NCBI GenBank assembly: GCA_001822835.1
Contig: MHSS01000004.1
Span: 7,186 to 71,185, forward strand
DNA length: 64,000 nt
Source of the DNA: Candidatus Terrybacteria bacterium RIFCSPHIGHO2_01_FULL_48_17
GTDB taxonomy: Bacteria; Patescibacteriota; Minisyncoccia; Terrybacterales; 2-01-FULL-58-14
Direction: 5' to 3'
The stretch's first letter is position 1; the number at the start of each line of letters is the position of its first letter. Positions 45,955 through 55,471 of this stretch are shown here, piece by piece. The notes beneath the pieces were generated by a model that worked only from the letters and a program-made list of their open reading frames with translations, was not told where the DNA came from and did not search any database. The position numbers were made by a program, and so were the translations under genes.

Positions 45955-46419
45955 TCATGGGTATGGTCGTATCACAACCCTCCGGTCGCGCCCTTCGCCT
46001 TGTGATTCCGTGACTACGTCCCCTCGGGCTGCAAGCTCTAAGTGTATAAGACGTCGTTCAAAGGCAGACATTGGTTCAAAAATGTATTGGCTTTTAGAAT
46101 AGCGTACCTCGTCAGCCGCGTCCCGCGCGCGTTGCCGCACAATTTTAGCTCGCTCGGCCCGGTAACCATTGACGTCAAGCGTTAACCGAGGCGCTTGTTC
46201 TCCGGCATCCCGTAATACAATGCGCCGCAACATATACTCAAGCGCAGCCAATCCTTGCCCCTGTTCGCCAATAAGAGCGCCCGCGCCTTCGGATGCTTGA
46301 ATCTTTACTTCAATGCCGCCGGTTGGCCCTTCGCTGATATCGGCAATCGCTTCTGGAAAGCCAAGGAAAGACAAAAGGCGCTCTGTTGTTTCCTTTGTTT
46401 TACTAAGAAGTTGTTCCAT
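45955..46419 (-). CDS. jag: Jag/KhpB KH-R3H RNA-binding protein (no Jag_N domain)
   Basis: LIGEQGQGL, LDVNGYR, PMSAFERRLIH, SQGEG.DRRVVI; follows yidC. Confidence 0.92.
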   Translation of the reverse strand: MEQLLSKTKETTERLLSFLGFPEAIADISEGPTGGIEVKIQASEGAGALIGEQGQGLAALEYMLRRIVLRDAGEQAPRLTLDVNGYRAERAKIVRQRARDAADEVRYSKSQYIFEPMSAFERRLIHLELAARGDVVTESQGEGRDRRVVIRPYP

Positions 46420-47131
46420 GGTTATCCTTATTGTCTACCATTTTTTGCGCAATACGATATTGGGCGGCAGAAATCACGGTAGTGACAAACCAATAAAGTG
46501 CTAGTGCCGCTGGGAATTTCCACGCGATAACCACCGTAATTGCGGGGAAAACAAACAGGGTTTGCTTTGAGAGCATTTTCGCAAAATCTCCTCCGCCCTG
46601 TCCCGTATCTTTTATGCTCATTCGCGATTGCACCAACTGGGCTAATCCCGCCGCAACTGCAAGATAAGGCGAGGGGACGCTTAAGTCAAGAAATCCAAAT
46701 GCTAATAGGGAAACGTTGCCGGGATCGGGAATAAAACCATAAAGATTCTCAAACGCTCCCGCGTGTACATCGCGCAAAAGAATCCGCCACAACGCAAAAA
46801 GAATTGGAAGCTGCGCCAAAACCGGCATAAGCGATACGAAAGGGTTTATGTTGTGTTCCCGGTATAAACTCATGATTTCGCGCCCCTGCGCTTCCCGATC
46901 GTGCTTAAAACGTTTCTGCAGTTCCTGAATTTTTGGTTGTAATTTTGTGAGTGCTCGTTGTCCGGCAAGCGCTTTAACAGTGAGCGGGAAGAGTGCTAGC
47001 CGAACAATAATGGTGAAAATAATAATCGCAAGTCCAAGATCTTGCCAGGGCAATACGGCATATACGCCCGCCAGAAGATTCTCAAGCGGTTGGCTCACAA
47101 AAACATGGAACGCATTACCGATAACGTTCAT
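46403..47131 (-). CDS. yidC: membrane protein insertase YidC
   Basis: GLAIIIFTIIVRL.LFPL, LQPKIQELQ, QLPIL, LALYW. Confidence 0.95.
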   Translation of the reverse strand: MNVIGNAFHVFVSQPLENLLAGVYAVLPWQDLGLAIIIFTIIVRLALFPLTVKALAGQRALTKLQPKIQELQKRFKHDREAQGREIMSLYREHNINPFVSLMPVLAQLPILFALWRILLRDVHAGAFENLYGFIPDPGNVSLLAFGFLDLSVPSPYLAVAAGLAQLVQSRMSIKDTGQGGGDFAKMLSKQTLFVFPAITVVIAWKFPAALALYWFVTTVISAAQYRIAQKMVDNKDNHGTTS

Positions 47132-47468
47132 AAGATAAATGCATAAGTAGACGGCCAAGGTCTTCCCGCAGGCGTTCGCTTATCTTGGAAGTCGGAACGG
47201 TATTTATAAAAACAATGAGGTCGTATGGGCGGGGGAGAGAGGGAAGTTTCGAAGCCAGTGCTTGTACAATAATCCTTCGTATCCGATTGCGCATAGTTGC
47301 CTTTTTTACAATGCTTTGTGGGATGACAACTGCGGCGCGTGATATTTTGCGGCGGCTTGCCGAATATGCTCGTAGCCGGATAAAGCGTCCGGTAAAGTTG
47401 CGCGCACGCAATCGAAAGAGTGACCGAAGTTCCTTCCTCGAAATTCTATAGAGAACAGGTAACGCCAC
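47115..47468 (-). CDS. rnpA: ribonuclease P protein
   Basis: KKATMRNRIRR motif; position between rpmH and yidC. Confidence 0.9.
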   Translation of the reverse strand: MALPVLYRISRKELRSLFRLRARNFTGRFIRLRAYSASRRKISRAAVVIPQSIVKKATMRNRIRRIIVQALASKLPSLPRPYDLIVFINTVPTSKISERLREDLGRLLMHLSYERYR

Positions 47469-47471
47469 ACC

Positions 47472-47606
47472 CTAAACATTAACAATATTCCATCTTCCTT
47501 TCCGCCGGCGCCGTGCAAGAGTCCTGCGCCCGCTCGTGCGCGATTGTCTTTGACGAAATCCGTGCGTACGCTTCCGTTTTCGTTTTTTCGGACGAGGAAT
47601 GCGCAT
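47472..47606 (-). CDS. rpmH: 50S ribosomal protein L34 (44 aa, not in the ORF track)
   Basis: [44 protein letters not shown]. Confidence 0.95.
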   Translation of the reverse strand: MRIPRPKKRKRKRTHGFRQRQSRTSGRRTLARRRRKGRWNIVNV

Positions 47607-47837
47607 ATGTTCCTATTTGATGCCTCGTTTTTCATCTTTGCGCGTAGTTGCGCGTTCAGGCATAACGGGCTACACTGTAGCATGCTCCGGGAAATGAAGC
47701 AATAAAATGTTTCCCACTGGTTTTCCCCAGCGTCTCCACAGTTCCGGTTGTTTTCTGATTTTACAACAACGTCTCCGTTGATATACTAATCGATGTTTTT
47801 CCTTAATACAAAATAGCGCTCTTGTATAGTTCAACGT

Positions 47838-49232
47838 ATGCCAAGCATAGATACAATGAATACTCAAAACGTGTGGAAAAACGTATTGGAAGAAGCGGAA
47901 CAAGCATTATCCCGCGCAAGTTTTCACACCTGGTTTAGAAAAACTGAACTGGCTTCATTGTCAGATGGCATCGCAACAATACATGTACCAAATGAATTCT
48001 CAAAAGAATGGATGGAAACAAAATATCGGCACCTCTTACTTAAACTGCTTCGCAACGCTGCCGAAGATATCCGTGATGTGGTTTTTGTTATACATAGCGG
48101 CGAGAGTAAACAAAAAACAAGCCATCGTACCGCTTCGTTGCCCGACACCCACACCATTCCGCTTCCGCTCACAACGCCTCGCATCAATCGGGAAACGAAT
48201 CTTAATCCGCGCTATACCCTTGAGTCGTTTGTGGTCGGTCCTTCCAATGAACTCGTGCACGCCGCAGCTACTGCGGTAACAAAACAGCTTGCAACGCTCT
48301 ACAATCCGTTTTTTGTTTGGGGAGGCGTGGGTTTAGGGAAAACCCACCTTTTGCATGCAATCGGCAACGCGATTGCAAAAGAAAAAAATCTTAAAGTTCG
48401 TTATATCACCTCAGAAAAATTTACCTCGGATTTTGTTTCTGCGTTACGCACGCGTACCGTCGAAACTTTCCGCGAACGCTACCGTTCCTATGATGTTCTC
48501 CTCATTGACGATGTTCAGTTTATGGGGGGCAAAGAAAAATCGCAGGAAGAGCTTTTCCATACATTCAACGAACTCTACAGCCAAGAGCGACAAATCGTAT
48601 TTGCCTCTGACAGACCGCCCCGCTCTATCCCGGAGCTGGAAGAACGGCTGCGCTCTCGCTTTGAGGGAGGCATGATTGCGGATATTCAGCCGCCGGATTT
48701 TGAAACCCGCCTTGCGATTATTCACAACAAGGCCAAAGAACGAGGATGTTCACTGGACGAAGAAACGGCACGATCGATCGCAGAAAATGTCCACCGCAAC
48801 ATTCGGGAGCTTGAGGGAGCGCTCAACCGAGTTCTCGCTGAGGCAAAAGACAGCGCTATACGTCTGTCTTCCCGTCAGGTACGACGCATGCTTGCCAACA
48901 ACAATAACGATAGCCAGCACAAAGTCACCTTTAAGGACATTGTGCACTGCGTCTCCCGCTATTACGATCTTGAAGAAAAAGCGCTGTTTGACAAAACGCG
49001 GCGACAGGAAGTGGTACGGCCCCGACAGGTGGCTATGTATCTTGCGCGCGAGGTGCTTAAGCTGTCGTTTCCCTCTATTGGTGTTAAGTTTTCTGGGCGC
49101 GATCATACTACGGTCATGCACGCATGCACCCGCATTCAGGAAGAAATAAATTCCTCCGGCCCTATTACAGAAGAACTCCAAACATTACACAATACGCTCC
49201 GTGAATATGAAGAAGGTGGGGAAGACGTGTAG
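47838..49232 (+). CDS. dnaA: chromosomal replication initiator DnaA
   Basis: YNPFFVWGGVGLGKTHL, LLIDDVQF, RLRSRF, RELEGAL, RDHTTVMH. Confidence 0.99.
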   Translation: MPSIDTMNTQNVWKNVLEEAEQALSRASFHTWFRKTELASLSDGIATIHVPNEFSKEWMETKYRHLLLKLLRNAAEDIRDVVFVIHSGESKQKTSHRTASLPDTHTIPLPLTTPRINRETNLNPRYTLESFVVGPSNELVHAAATAVTKQLATLYNPFFVWGGVGLGKTHLLHAIGNAIAKEKNLKVRYITSEKFTSDFVSALRTRTVETFRERYRSYDVLLIDDVQFMGGKEKSQEELFHTFNELYSQERQIVFASDRPPRSIPELEERLRSRFEGGMIADIQPPDFETRLAIIHNKAKERGCSLDEETARSIAENVHRNIRELEGALNRVLAEAKDSAIRLSSRQVRRMLANNNNDSQHKVTFKDIVHCVSRYYDLEEKALFDKTRRQEVVRPRQVAMYLAREVLKLSFPSIGVKFSGRDHTTVMHACTRIQEEINSSGPITEELQTLHNTLREYEEGGEDV

Positions 49233-49435
49233 AGAAGCCGTGTGGATTAACGGGATAAATAAAACACAGATAAAAATAACGCCTTTCCCTTCAACAATTC
49301 TTCCCTCTGTTTTCCACACATAATTCCCATGGTTTTTTATTTTGTTTTCAACAATTTTTTCCTAAATTACATAATTTTCCACACCCCTAATAACAATAAC
49401 AAATAAAATAGTATTTATTATATTTTATTATAGTC
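49233..49435. other. oriC: oriC unwinding region
   Basis: Box-like TGTGGATTA, TTTTCCACA (49310, 49375) and TTTTCAACA (49345), then CCCC, trio-like TAA TAA CAA TAA CAA and an AT-rich DUE. Confidence 0.85.
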
Positions 49436-50548
49436 ATGCTGATTTCTGTCGAACGCAATCAATTTCTTAAGGGGCTTTCAATTATTGAACACGCTATTGG
49501 GCGTTCTCCAACGCTTCCCGTGTTAGGATACGTTCTTTTAAAAACCGTAGATAATATTCTTGAACTTACCGCAACAAATCTTGAACTTTCTATTACCACG
49601 CGCATTTCCGCAAAAATTCAAACCCCCGGCGTTATAAGCGTTCCTTATCGAACACTTGGAGGACTTCTACACAATTTATCTCATGCAATAATTGAGTTAA
49701 AAGGAGTTCGTGAAACACTGGAAATTAATACACCTGCACAAAAGGCAAAAATTCAAGGAGGAGCAGTTAATGAATTTCCACTTATTCCGGACGTCAAAAC
49801 AAAAAACATTATTCGCTTCCAAAATCCGCATACTTTAACAGAAGACCTTGATTCGGTATTGCCTGCGGTGGCAGCAAGTGATGTACGGCCTGAACTTAAC
49901 GGAGTGCTTTTGGAGGTAGGGGAGGAGGAAACGGTTTTTGCAGCAACCGATACCTTTCGTTTAGCCGTAAGATCCACGAAAGACGTAGAGGCAAAAGAGC
50001 CAAAAGTTGCAATTCTACCAAAACGAACCGCGGAGGTTCTTTCAAAACTTATGCGGGATGCTAAACACGTAGACGGACACCTTTCTCTAACCCAAGCTCT
50101 CTTTACGGACGGCACCACCAGCATAGTGTCACGTTTAATTGAAGGGTCCTTCCCTGATTTTTCCGCAATCCTTCCGAAACAAGAAAGCGCAGCAATTCGT
50201 CTTTCACGCGAGGAATTCTTACAGGAATTAAATGCCGCTTCGCTTTTTACCAGTCGCCTCAACGATGTTTCGCTTACAATTCAACCACAAAAAGCAAATC
50301 TTTTGATTTCCGCACACAACCCCGACATAGGAGAATATGAAACGGCAGTAAAAGGGGCTGCACATGGGCAAAAAATAACCCTTGCATTTAATTATCGTTA
50401 TCTCATTGATGGCCTTGCCGGATTCAGCGGCGACCAACAGATTGATTTTGTGTTTGTAGGAGAAGGCAAGCCCGGCCTTATGCGGCCGGCCAACACAAAA
50501 GACGAGCGGAATGTATATCTTGTAATGCCCATCCGTACAAACGCGTAG
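49436..50548 (+). CDS. dnaN: DNA polymerase III beta clamp
   Basis: ATNLE, RPELNGV, ATDTFRL, SRLIEG.FPD, YLVMPIR. Confidence 0.98.
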   Translation: MLISVERNQFLKGLSIIEHAIGRSPTLPVLGYVLLKTVDNILELTATNLELSITTRISAKIQTPGVISVPYRTLGGLLHNLSHAIIELKGVRETLEINTPAQKAKIQGGAVNEFPLIPDVKTKNIIRFQNPHTLTEDLDSVLPAVAASDVRPELNGVLLEVGEEETVFAATDTFRLAVRSTKDVEAKEPKVAILPKRTAEVLSKLMRDAKHVDGHLSLTQALFTDGTTSIVSRLIEGSFPDFSAILPKQESAAIRLSREEFLQELNAASLFTSRLNDVSLTIQPQKANLLISAHNPDIGEYETAVKGAAHGQKITLAFNYRYLIDGLAGFSGDQQIDFVFVGEGKPGLMRPANTKDERNVYLVMPIRTNA

Positions 50549-50549
50549 C

Positions 50550-50861
50550 ATGCCCTATTCATTTCGGAAGGCGCTCGAGGAACGGAAAACCCATTCTGCG
50601 GCTCTCCGTCAGGCAGAAGAGTGGCGCGACATAAAACACGCGTGGCAGATGGCCACGCGTGTTGTGTTTGGGAAAAAGCACAACATTTTTCGGACTCTTC
50701 GTATCGTTCGTTTCTCTAACGGCACTCTTGAAGTTGCTTGCGGCCATGCGGCAGAATGCGCCTCTGCTCGTTTACAGGAGCGAGAACTTCTTTCGGCGCT
50801 TAACCGGATTCTTGGGGAAACACTAACGGTGCATTCATTGCGCTTCCACCTTGAAGGTTAA
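50550..50861 (+). CDS. DciA/DUF721 family protein
   Basis: W..V.G....GTLEVAC.....L......LL..LN...V.SLRF; follows dnaN. Confidence 0.7.
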   Translation: MPYSFRKALEERKTHSAALRQAEEWRDIKHAWQMATRVVFGKKHNIFRTLRIVRFSNGTLEVACGHAAECASARLQERELLSALNRILGETLTVHSLRFHLEG

Positions 50862-53307
50862 GCGTGGTTGTGGTTTCCCCGCGGTTTCCCCAGGGGTCAA
50901 AGGCCCGAACAGTAAGAGTGACCGCGTCTTGTGATGAGGGCGCAGAAATCTTAACGCTCCCGGAATAGTAATCGGTTTGGCCTTGTCGTAAAAGGGTTGT
51001 CGCAAAAATCCCATCAATAAAAACAATTACCTGTGATATTCCCAATGGCGCTTGTGCAGAAACACGCACGGTAACGTTCGATTTGTTTTTGATGCTCGAT
51101 TCGGAAAACGGTTCGAGAATAAAGACATTCGGCTCGTTTTTTGGAACGTGGATGTCGTCATAGTCCTCGGGTGGGTGTTCTTGCGCGGATTGGGCAAGCG
51201 TAGGATCCGAAGAGATCCATTTTTGAACTGCCTGTTCCCAATTAGCAAACTGAGGATCCTGATATGGATTGTCGGGCGGATCGCCCCGTGGATCGCTCCG
51301 ATTTATCCAAAAAAGCGTGTCGTGCACAACTCGATATACGCGCTTTTCGGTCCATTCGGGAGGCGTGCGCTCCGTTGCTTTTTTTCCGGATGCCCGATCA
51401 ACAAACACGGTTTCTTCAATTGCCCATTGACCATTAAGAATTGGCTTGTCGGTTGAGACGGGTTTGGGCGGGATAAATTTTTCAGAGGGAATCTCGGCAA
51501 GCGCTGTTTTCATAAATTGATTCCAGATTGGTGCCGCAACCACGACTCCGTCAGCGCCACGTTTCATTGGAGAGTTATCGTTATTGCCAACCCATACGCC
51601 CGTAACAAGTGAGGGGGTATAACCAACAGTCCAAGCGTCCCGAAAATCTTGGTGTGTTCCCGTTTTTGCGGCAACCGGTCGGGAGCCAAGCGTGAGGGGA
51701 GAATTTGTACCAAATATGGGTGCGCGGGCATTGTTGTCGGAGAGTATGTTGGTGATCTGTCGCGCAATCTCTTTGTCCAACGCTTCTTTCTCTTCGGCTT
51801 TTCTTTCATATAATATCTTGCCCTGCGCATCTTCAATCTTTAAAATAGCGCCCGATGGTACCCGTATTCCATCATTGGCAAATACGCCAAACGCTCCGGT
51901 CTCTTCCAGGAGCGTTACCGCTCCTCCTCCTAAAACCAAGGCAAGGCCATACTCGTCTGGGCGGGTGAGCGTGGTTACGCCCAGGCGTTCTGCAAGTTTT
52001 ATGGCATTTTCTACACCTGCAAGATAAAGCATTTTGACAGACGGAACATTTAAAGAATTTGCAAGCGCTTGGCGTGCGGTTATTGGTCCCATGAAGGAGC
52101 CGTTGTAATTTTGCGGACGGTAGGATTTGGCGCCGCCTGTGGCAAATTCGGTTGGAACATCAAACAAAACAGTTTCAGTAGTAAACCCGCGTTCGAGCGC
52201 AGCAGCATAGACAACGGGCTTGAATGAAGATCCTGGTTGGCGTTGTCGTATCGCAACATTTACCTTGCCATCAATGGCGTCATCGAAGTAGTCGACCGAT
52301 CCTACAAGAGCGAGGATTTCTCCAGATTTTGGGTCAATTGCCACGAGTGCCGCATTGGTTGCACCCCATCGTTCAATGCGCGGCCTTAAGTCGGTAATAT
52401 TTTTTTCTGCGATTTCTTGTAGCTTCCAATCAAGTGAGGTGGTAATCCGTAAACCACCCCGCTCAAGGAGTTCAGTACCCACAAGCCGTTCTGCTTCTTC
52501 GCGCGCGAAAAAGACAAAATGGGGTGCTTTAATGTTGGTGCGCAGTGGTGCAAACATGGTTTCCTGTTCTCGCGCTTTTGTGCCCTCGTCATGGGAGATA
52601 TACCCAAGCTCTTCCATGCGGTCTAGGATATGGTTTCGGCGCGCGATCAGTTCCTCTGCATGGGAACCATACGGGGAATAAAACGAGGGGGCTTTGGGAA
52701 GCGCTGCCAAGGCGGCCGCTTCATCGAGCGTTAAGTCAGAGACGGGTTTATTAAAAAACATTCGCGAAGCCGCTTCGGATCCATAGATGTTGGAACCATA
52801 AGGAATTTGGTTAAGATATGCTTCCAGAATTTCTTCTTTGGAGTAACGCAATTCAAGTTCCAGCGAAAGGACGATTTCTCGGATTTTTCGTGCAGGGGTT
52901 TTCTCTGGAGTAAGCACGGCGTTGCGCACAAGCTGTTGTGTAATAGTGGAGCCCCCCTCGGCGAATTCGCCTTTAAAAATATCGCGCAAGGTTGAGCGGA
53001 TAACGCCGGGGATATCGATACCAATATGGTGAAAGAACTGATCGTCTTCGGCCGCAAGGGTTGCGTTTACTAGATACGGCGAAATTTCATCAAGCGCTAC
53101 AACGCGCCGACGCTGTTCATTAAAGAATTCAAACAGTAATACATTCCCTGTACGATCGAACACCTGAGTTGTTTGTTCAATATGACGTTCGGCAAATGCG
53201 GCGGGTGTCGGGAGATCGCGAATACTCCAGAGCACAAAGACAATAGCCGCAAGCAGAAGGATTCCTGTTGCAAGGGCTATGCGTTTAATGAGTTTCTTAG
53301 GTATCAT
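50800..53307 (-). CDS. class A penicillin-binding protein with C-terminal Ig-like domain
   Basis: AEDDQF, GGSTITQQL, RKIRE, GSSFKP, SLN, KTG. Confidence 0.95.
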   Translation of the reverse strand: MIPKKLIKRIALATGILLLAAIVFVLWSIRDLPTPAAFAERHIEQTTQVFDRTGNVLLFEFFNEQRRRVVALDEISPYLVNATLAAEDDQFFHHIGIDIPGVIRSTLRDIFKGEFAEGGSTITQQLVRNAVLTPEKTPARKIREIVLSLELELRYSKEEILEAYLNQIPYGSNIYGSEAASRMFFNKPVSDLTLDEAAALAALPKAPSFYSPYGSHAEELIARRNHILDRMEELGYISHDEGTKAREQETMFAPLRTNIKAPHFVFFAREEAERLVGTELLERGGLRITTSLDWKLQEIAEKNITDLRPRIERWGATNAALVAIDPKSGEILALVGSVDYFDDAIDGKVNVAIRQRQPGSSFKPVVYAAALERGFTTETVLFDVPTEFATGGAKSYRPQNYNGSFMGPITARQALANSLNVPSVKMLYLAGVENAIKLAERLGVTTLTRPDEYGLALVLGGGAVTLLEETGAFGVFANDGIRVPSGAILKIEDAQGKILYERKAEEKEALDKEIARQITNILSDNNARAPIFGTNSPLTLGSRPVAAKTGTHQDFRDAWTVGYTPSLVTGVWVGNNDNSPMKRGADGVVVAAPIWNQFMKTALAEIPSEKFIPPKPVSTDKPILNGQWAIEETVFVDRASGKKATERTPPEWTEKRVYRVVHDTLFWINRSDPRGDPPDNPYQDPQFANWEQAVQKWISSDPTLAQSAQEHPPEDYDDIHVPKNEPNVFILEPFSESSIKNKSNVTVRVSAQAPLGISQVIVFIDGIFATTLLRQGQTDYYSGSVKISAPSSQDAVTLTVRAFDPWGNRGETTTTLNLQGGSAMNAPLVFPQESG

Positions 53308-53374
53308 CTAAATTCTACTTTCTCATAGCTTTTGGTTGGTTGCAACGTAAGCATTTCTTGCGCACAATAGAGAG

Positions 53375-54559
53375 ATGAGGCCTTTTCCCCATGGCGAACT
53401 TGCGTCTTTCCTTTCTCGGGGGGTTGACGATATTGTTTCGCGAGACGAAGTTAATCAAATCCTAAAGAGCACAAAGCCGGTGATCGTGAAATACGGCATT
53501 GACCCAACAACCGCCCAGCTGCATCTTGGATATTGGGTTATTTTCCGGCGCCTTAAGAAGCTACAGGCCCTTGGGCATACCGTGGTTGTGGTGTTGGGCA
53601 CGTTTACCGGACGCTTCGGCGATCCTACCGGAAAAACCAAGGCACGTACTCTTCGGGAGAAGCGCGAAGTAGAAGGCGTTGCCCGATCCCTTTCTATTAT
53701 GGTCAAAAAAATATTGGCGCCATCTCGTACCAAGATAACGCAAAACGCGCGATGGCTTGACGCAATGTCTCTTGATACGTTTTTTCACCTTCTTAGTCAT
53801 TTCACGGTGGGACAGATGCGCGAGCGAGATCTTTTTCAAAAGCGTGAGCATGCAGGTAAAGAAGTATATCTTTATGAGTTTTTGTATCCAATATTGCAGG
53901 CATATGATTCTGTAGCAATTAATGCCGATCTTACTATTGTGGGATCCGATCAATTATTTAACGAACTTCAGGCGCGGAAGCTCCAGCACAGTTTAGGACG
54001 GAAAGCACAGGGCATCATTACGCTCAAACTCTTACCAGGCACTGACGGCAAAGAAAAAATGTCACAATCGCTTGGCAATGCCATTAACGTGTTTGATTCT
54101 GCGGAGGAACAGTTCGGTGCGCTAATGTCTATTCCCGATGCTGCTGTGCCAATATACGCGGAACTTCTTTCGGATTTTGAGCTCGCACCTCTTGTGCGCG
54201 CAAGCGCAAAAGGCGGTATTGCCGCACGCGATGCTAAAATGAGGGTTGCCGAAACTGTTGTTGCTGAAATCCATGGCACGCATGATGCGGCTCGCGCGAA
54301 AGAACGGTTTGTGGGGCGTTTCCGAAAACATGAGGTTACGAGTCATCCGTCAGCAAAAATGGGTGCGCATACCATCGTTGATGTTTTGGTGGAAATAAAA
54401 ATGGCTTCGTCGAAAAACGAAGCGCGACGGCTTCTTAAACAGCGGGGCGTGAAGATTAACGGAAATATAATTACAGACGAACGTCACGCCGTTTCGCATC
54501 AAGACGTTATTGCGGTTGGCAAACGAAGAACCGTAAAAGTTATACGTAAGACCGGATAA
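53375..54559 (+). CDS. tyrS: tyrosyl-tRNA synthetase
   Basis: GIDPT..LHLGY, GDPTGK, YPILQAYD, GSDQ.FN, KMSQS, S4 domain. Confidence 0.95.
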   Translation: MRPFPHGELASFLSRGVDDIVSRDEVNQILKSTKPVIVKYGIDPTTAQLHLGYWVIFRRLKKLQALGHTVVVVLGTFTGRFGDPTGKTKARTLREKREVEGVARSLSIMVKKILAPSRTKITQNARWLDAMSLDTFFHLLSHFTVGQMRERDLFQKREHAGKEVYLYEFLYPILQAYDSVAINADLTIVGSDQLFNELQARKLQHSLGRKAQGIITLKLLPGTDGKEKMSQSLGNAINVFDSAEEQFGALMSIPDAAVPIYAELLSDFELAPLVRASAKGGIAARDAKMRVAETVVAEIHGTHDAARAKERFVGRFRKHEVTSHPSAKMGAHTIVDVLVEIKMASSKNEARRLLKQRGVKINGNIITDERHAVSHQDVIAVGKRRTVKVIRKTG

Positions 54560-54612
54560 GCCACGGTGGTTCACGTACGATGCGGCTTCATTTAATGCAA
54601 ACAGGACACAAA

Positions 54613-54640
54613 ACCCCGGCACGTTCTTTCGTGCCGGGGT
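54613..54640. terminator. hairpin between convergent tyrS and the acidic microprotein gene
   Basis: ACCCCGGCACG-TTCTTT-CGTGCCGGGGT. Confidence 0.75.
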
Positions 54641-54645
54641 CAGTG

Positions 54646-54777
54646 TTATTCCTCGTTTCCGAAATCTTCTTCCTCTTCCTCGTCGTCGACATCTTCTTCA
54701 GGCACATCAGCGGTTTCGCTTTGGTCGTCTTTTTGTGACGTGACCACAAATCGTTTAAGTAAAGCATCTGAGGCCAT
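54646..54777 (-). CDS. 43-aa highly acidic microprotein (not in the ORF track)
   Basis: MASDALLKRFVVTSQKDDQSETADVPEEDVDDEEEEEDFGNEE; SD AAGGAGGTGA; terminator directly downstream. Confidence 0.75.
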   Translation of the reverse strand: MASDALLKRFVVTSQKDDQSETADVPEEDVDDEEEEEDFGNEE

Positions 54778-54956
54778 AAAATTCACCTCCTTTTCAAAAG
54801 TTCCCCCATATGGATCGCGGGGGCACCTAGATTAGATAAATGATATTTTCTACTACCTATTATTGCCGTGCTTCTATATTGCCAAACAAAAAGGCGTGGT
54901 CAAAGGATAGATCTGGGGATAAGCCCAAATTGTTTATTGGGAGCACACGGATCGTT

Positions 54957-55433
54957 TTAGGGGGTATATGTATAAAGACGCGAAGACCCCACAATAGCAA
55001 TGGCTAAAGCGTCTGCGGCATCTGGGGGGCTTGGAGGTTGCGAAAGATCCAGCAGCTTCGCTACAGTTTCTTGAATTTGGCGTTTTGAGGCAGAACCGGT
55101 TCCGCAAATCGCCTTTTTTACGGATGCTGGCGATAATTCCACAACGGGAAGTTTTCGGTCGGCTGCAGCAAGCAGCACAATACCCCTTACGTAAAGCGTT
55201 TTGAACGCGTCCCCACGCGCCTGTCCCCAAAACACCTTTTCCAAAACCACTCGGTCTGGACGCGTTTTCGTAAGGAGACCGTTAATTTCGTGGCTAAAAA
55301 ACTGTAATCGCTCACCAAGCTCCCCGCCTTTTGGTGCGATAACCCCAAACGTTATTGCCTCGGGTCGTGCGCTGCCAGTCACTACGCCAAAGCCGGTGCG
55401 GGAAAAACCAGGATCGATACCAAGGACCATCAT
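54957..55433 (-). CDS. ruvC: Holliday junction resolvase RuvC
   Basis: LGIDPG, LEKVF, VKKAI.G.G.ASK, DAADALAIA. Confidence 0.96.
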   Translation of the reverse strand: MMVLGIDPGFSRTGFGVVTGSARPEAITFGVIAPKGGELGERLQFFSHEINGLLTKTRPDRVVLEKVFWGQARGDAFKTLYVRGIVLLAAADRKLPVVELSPASVKKAICGTGSASKRQIQETVAKLLDLSQPPSPPDAADALAIAIVGSSRLYTYTP

Positions 55434-55471
55434 AAGGGATAGTGAATATGGGGTAGAGAGTAGAGAATGGC

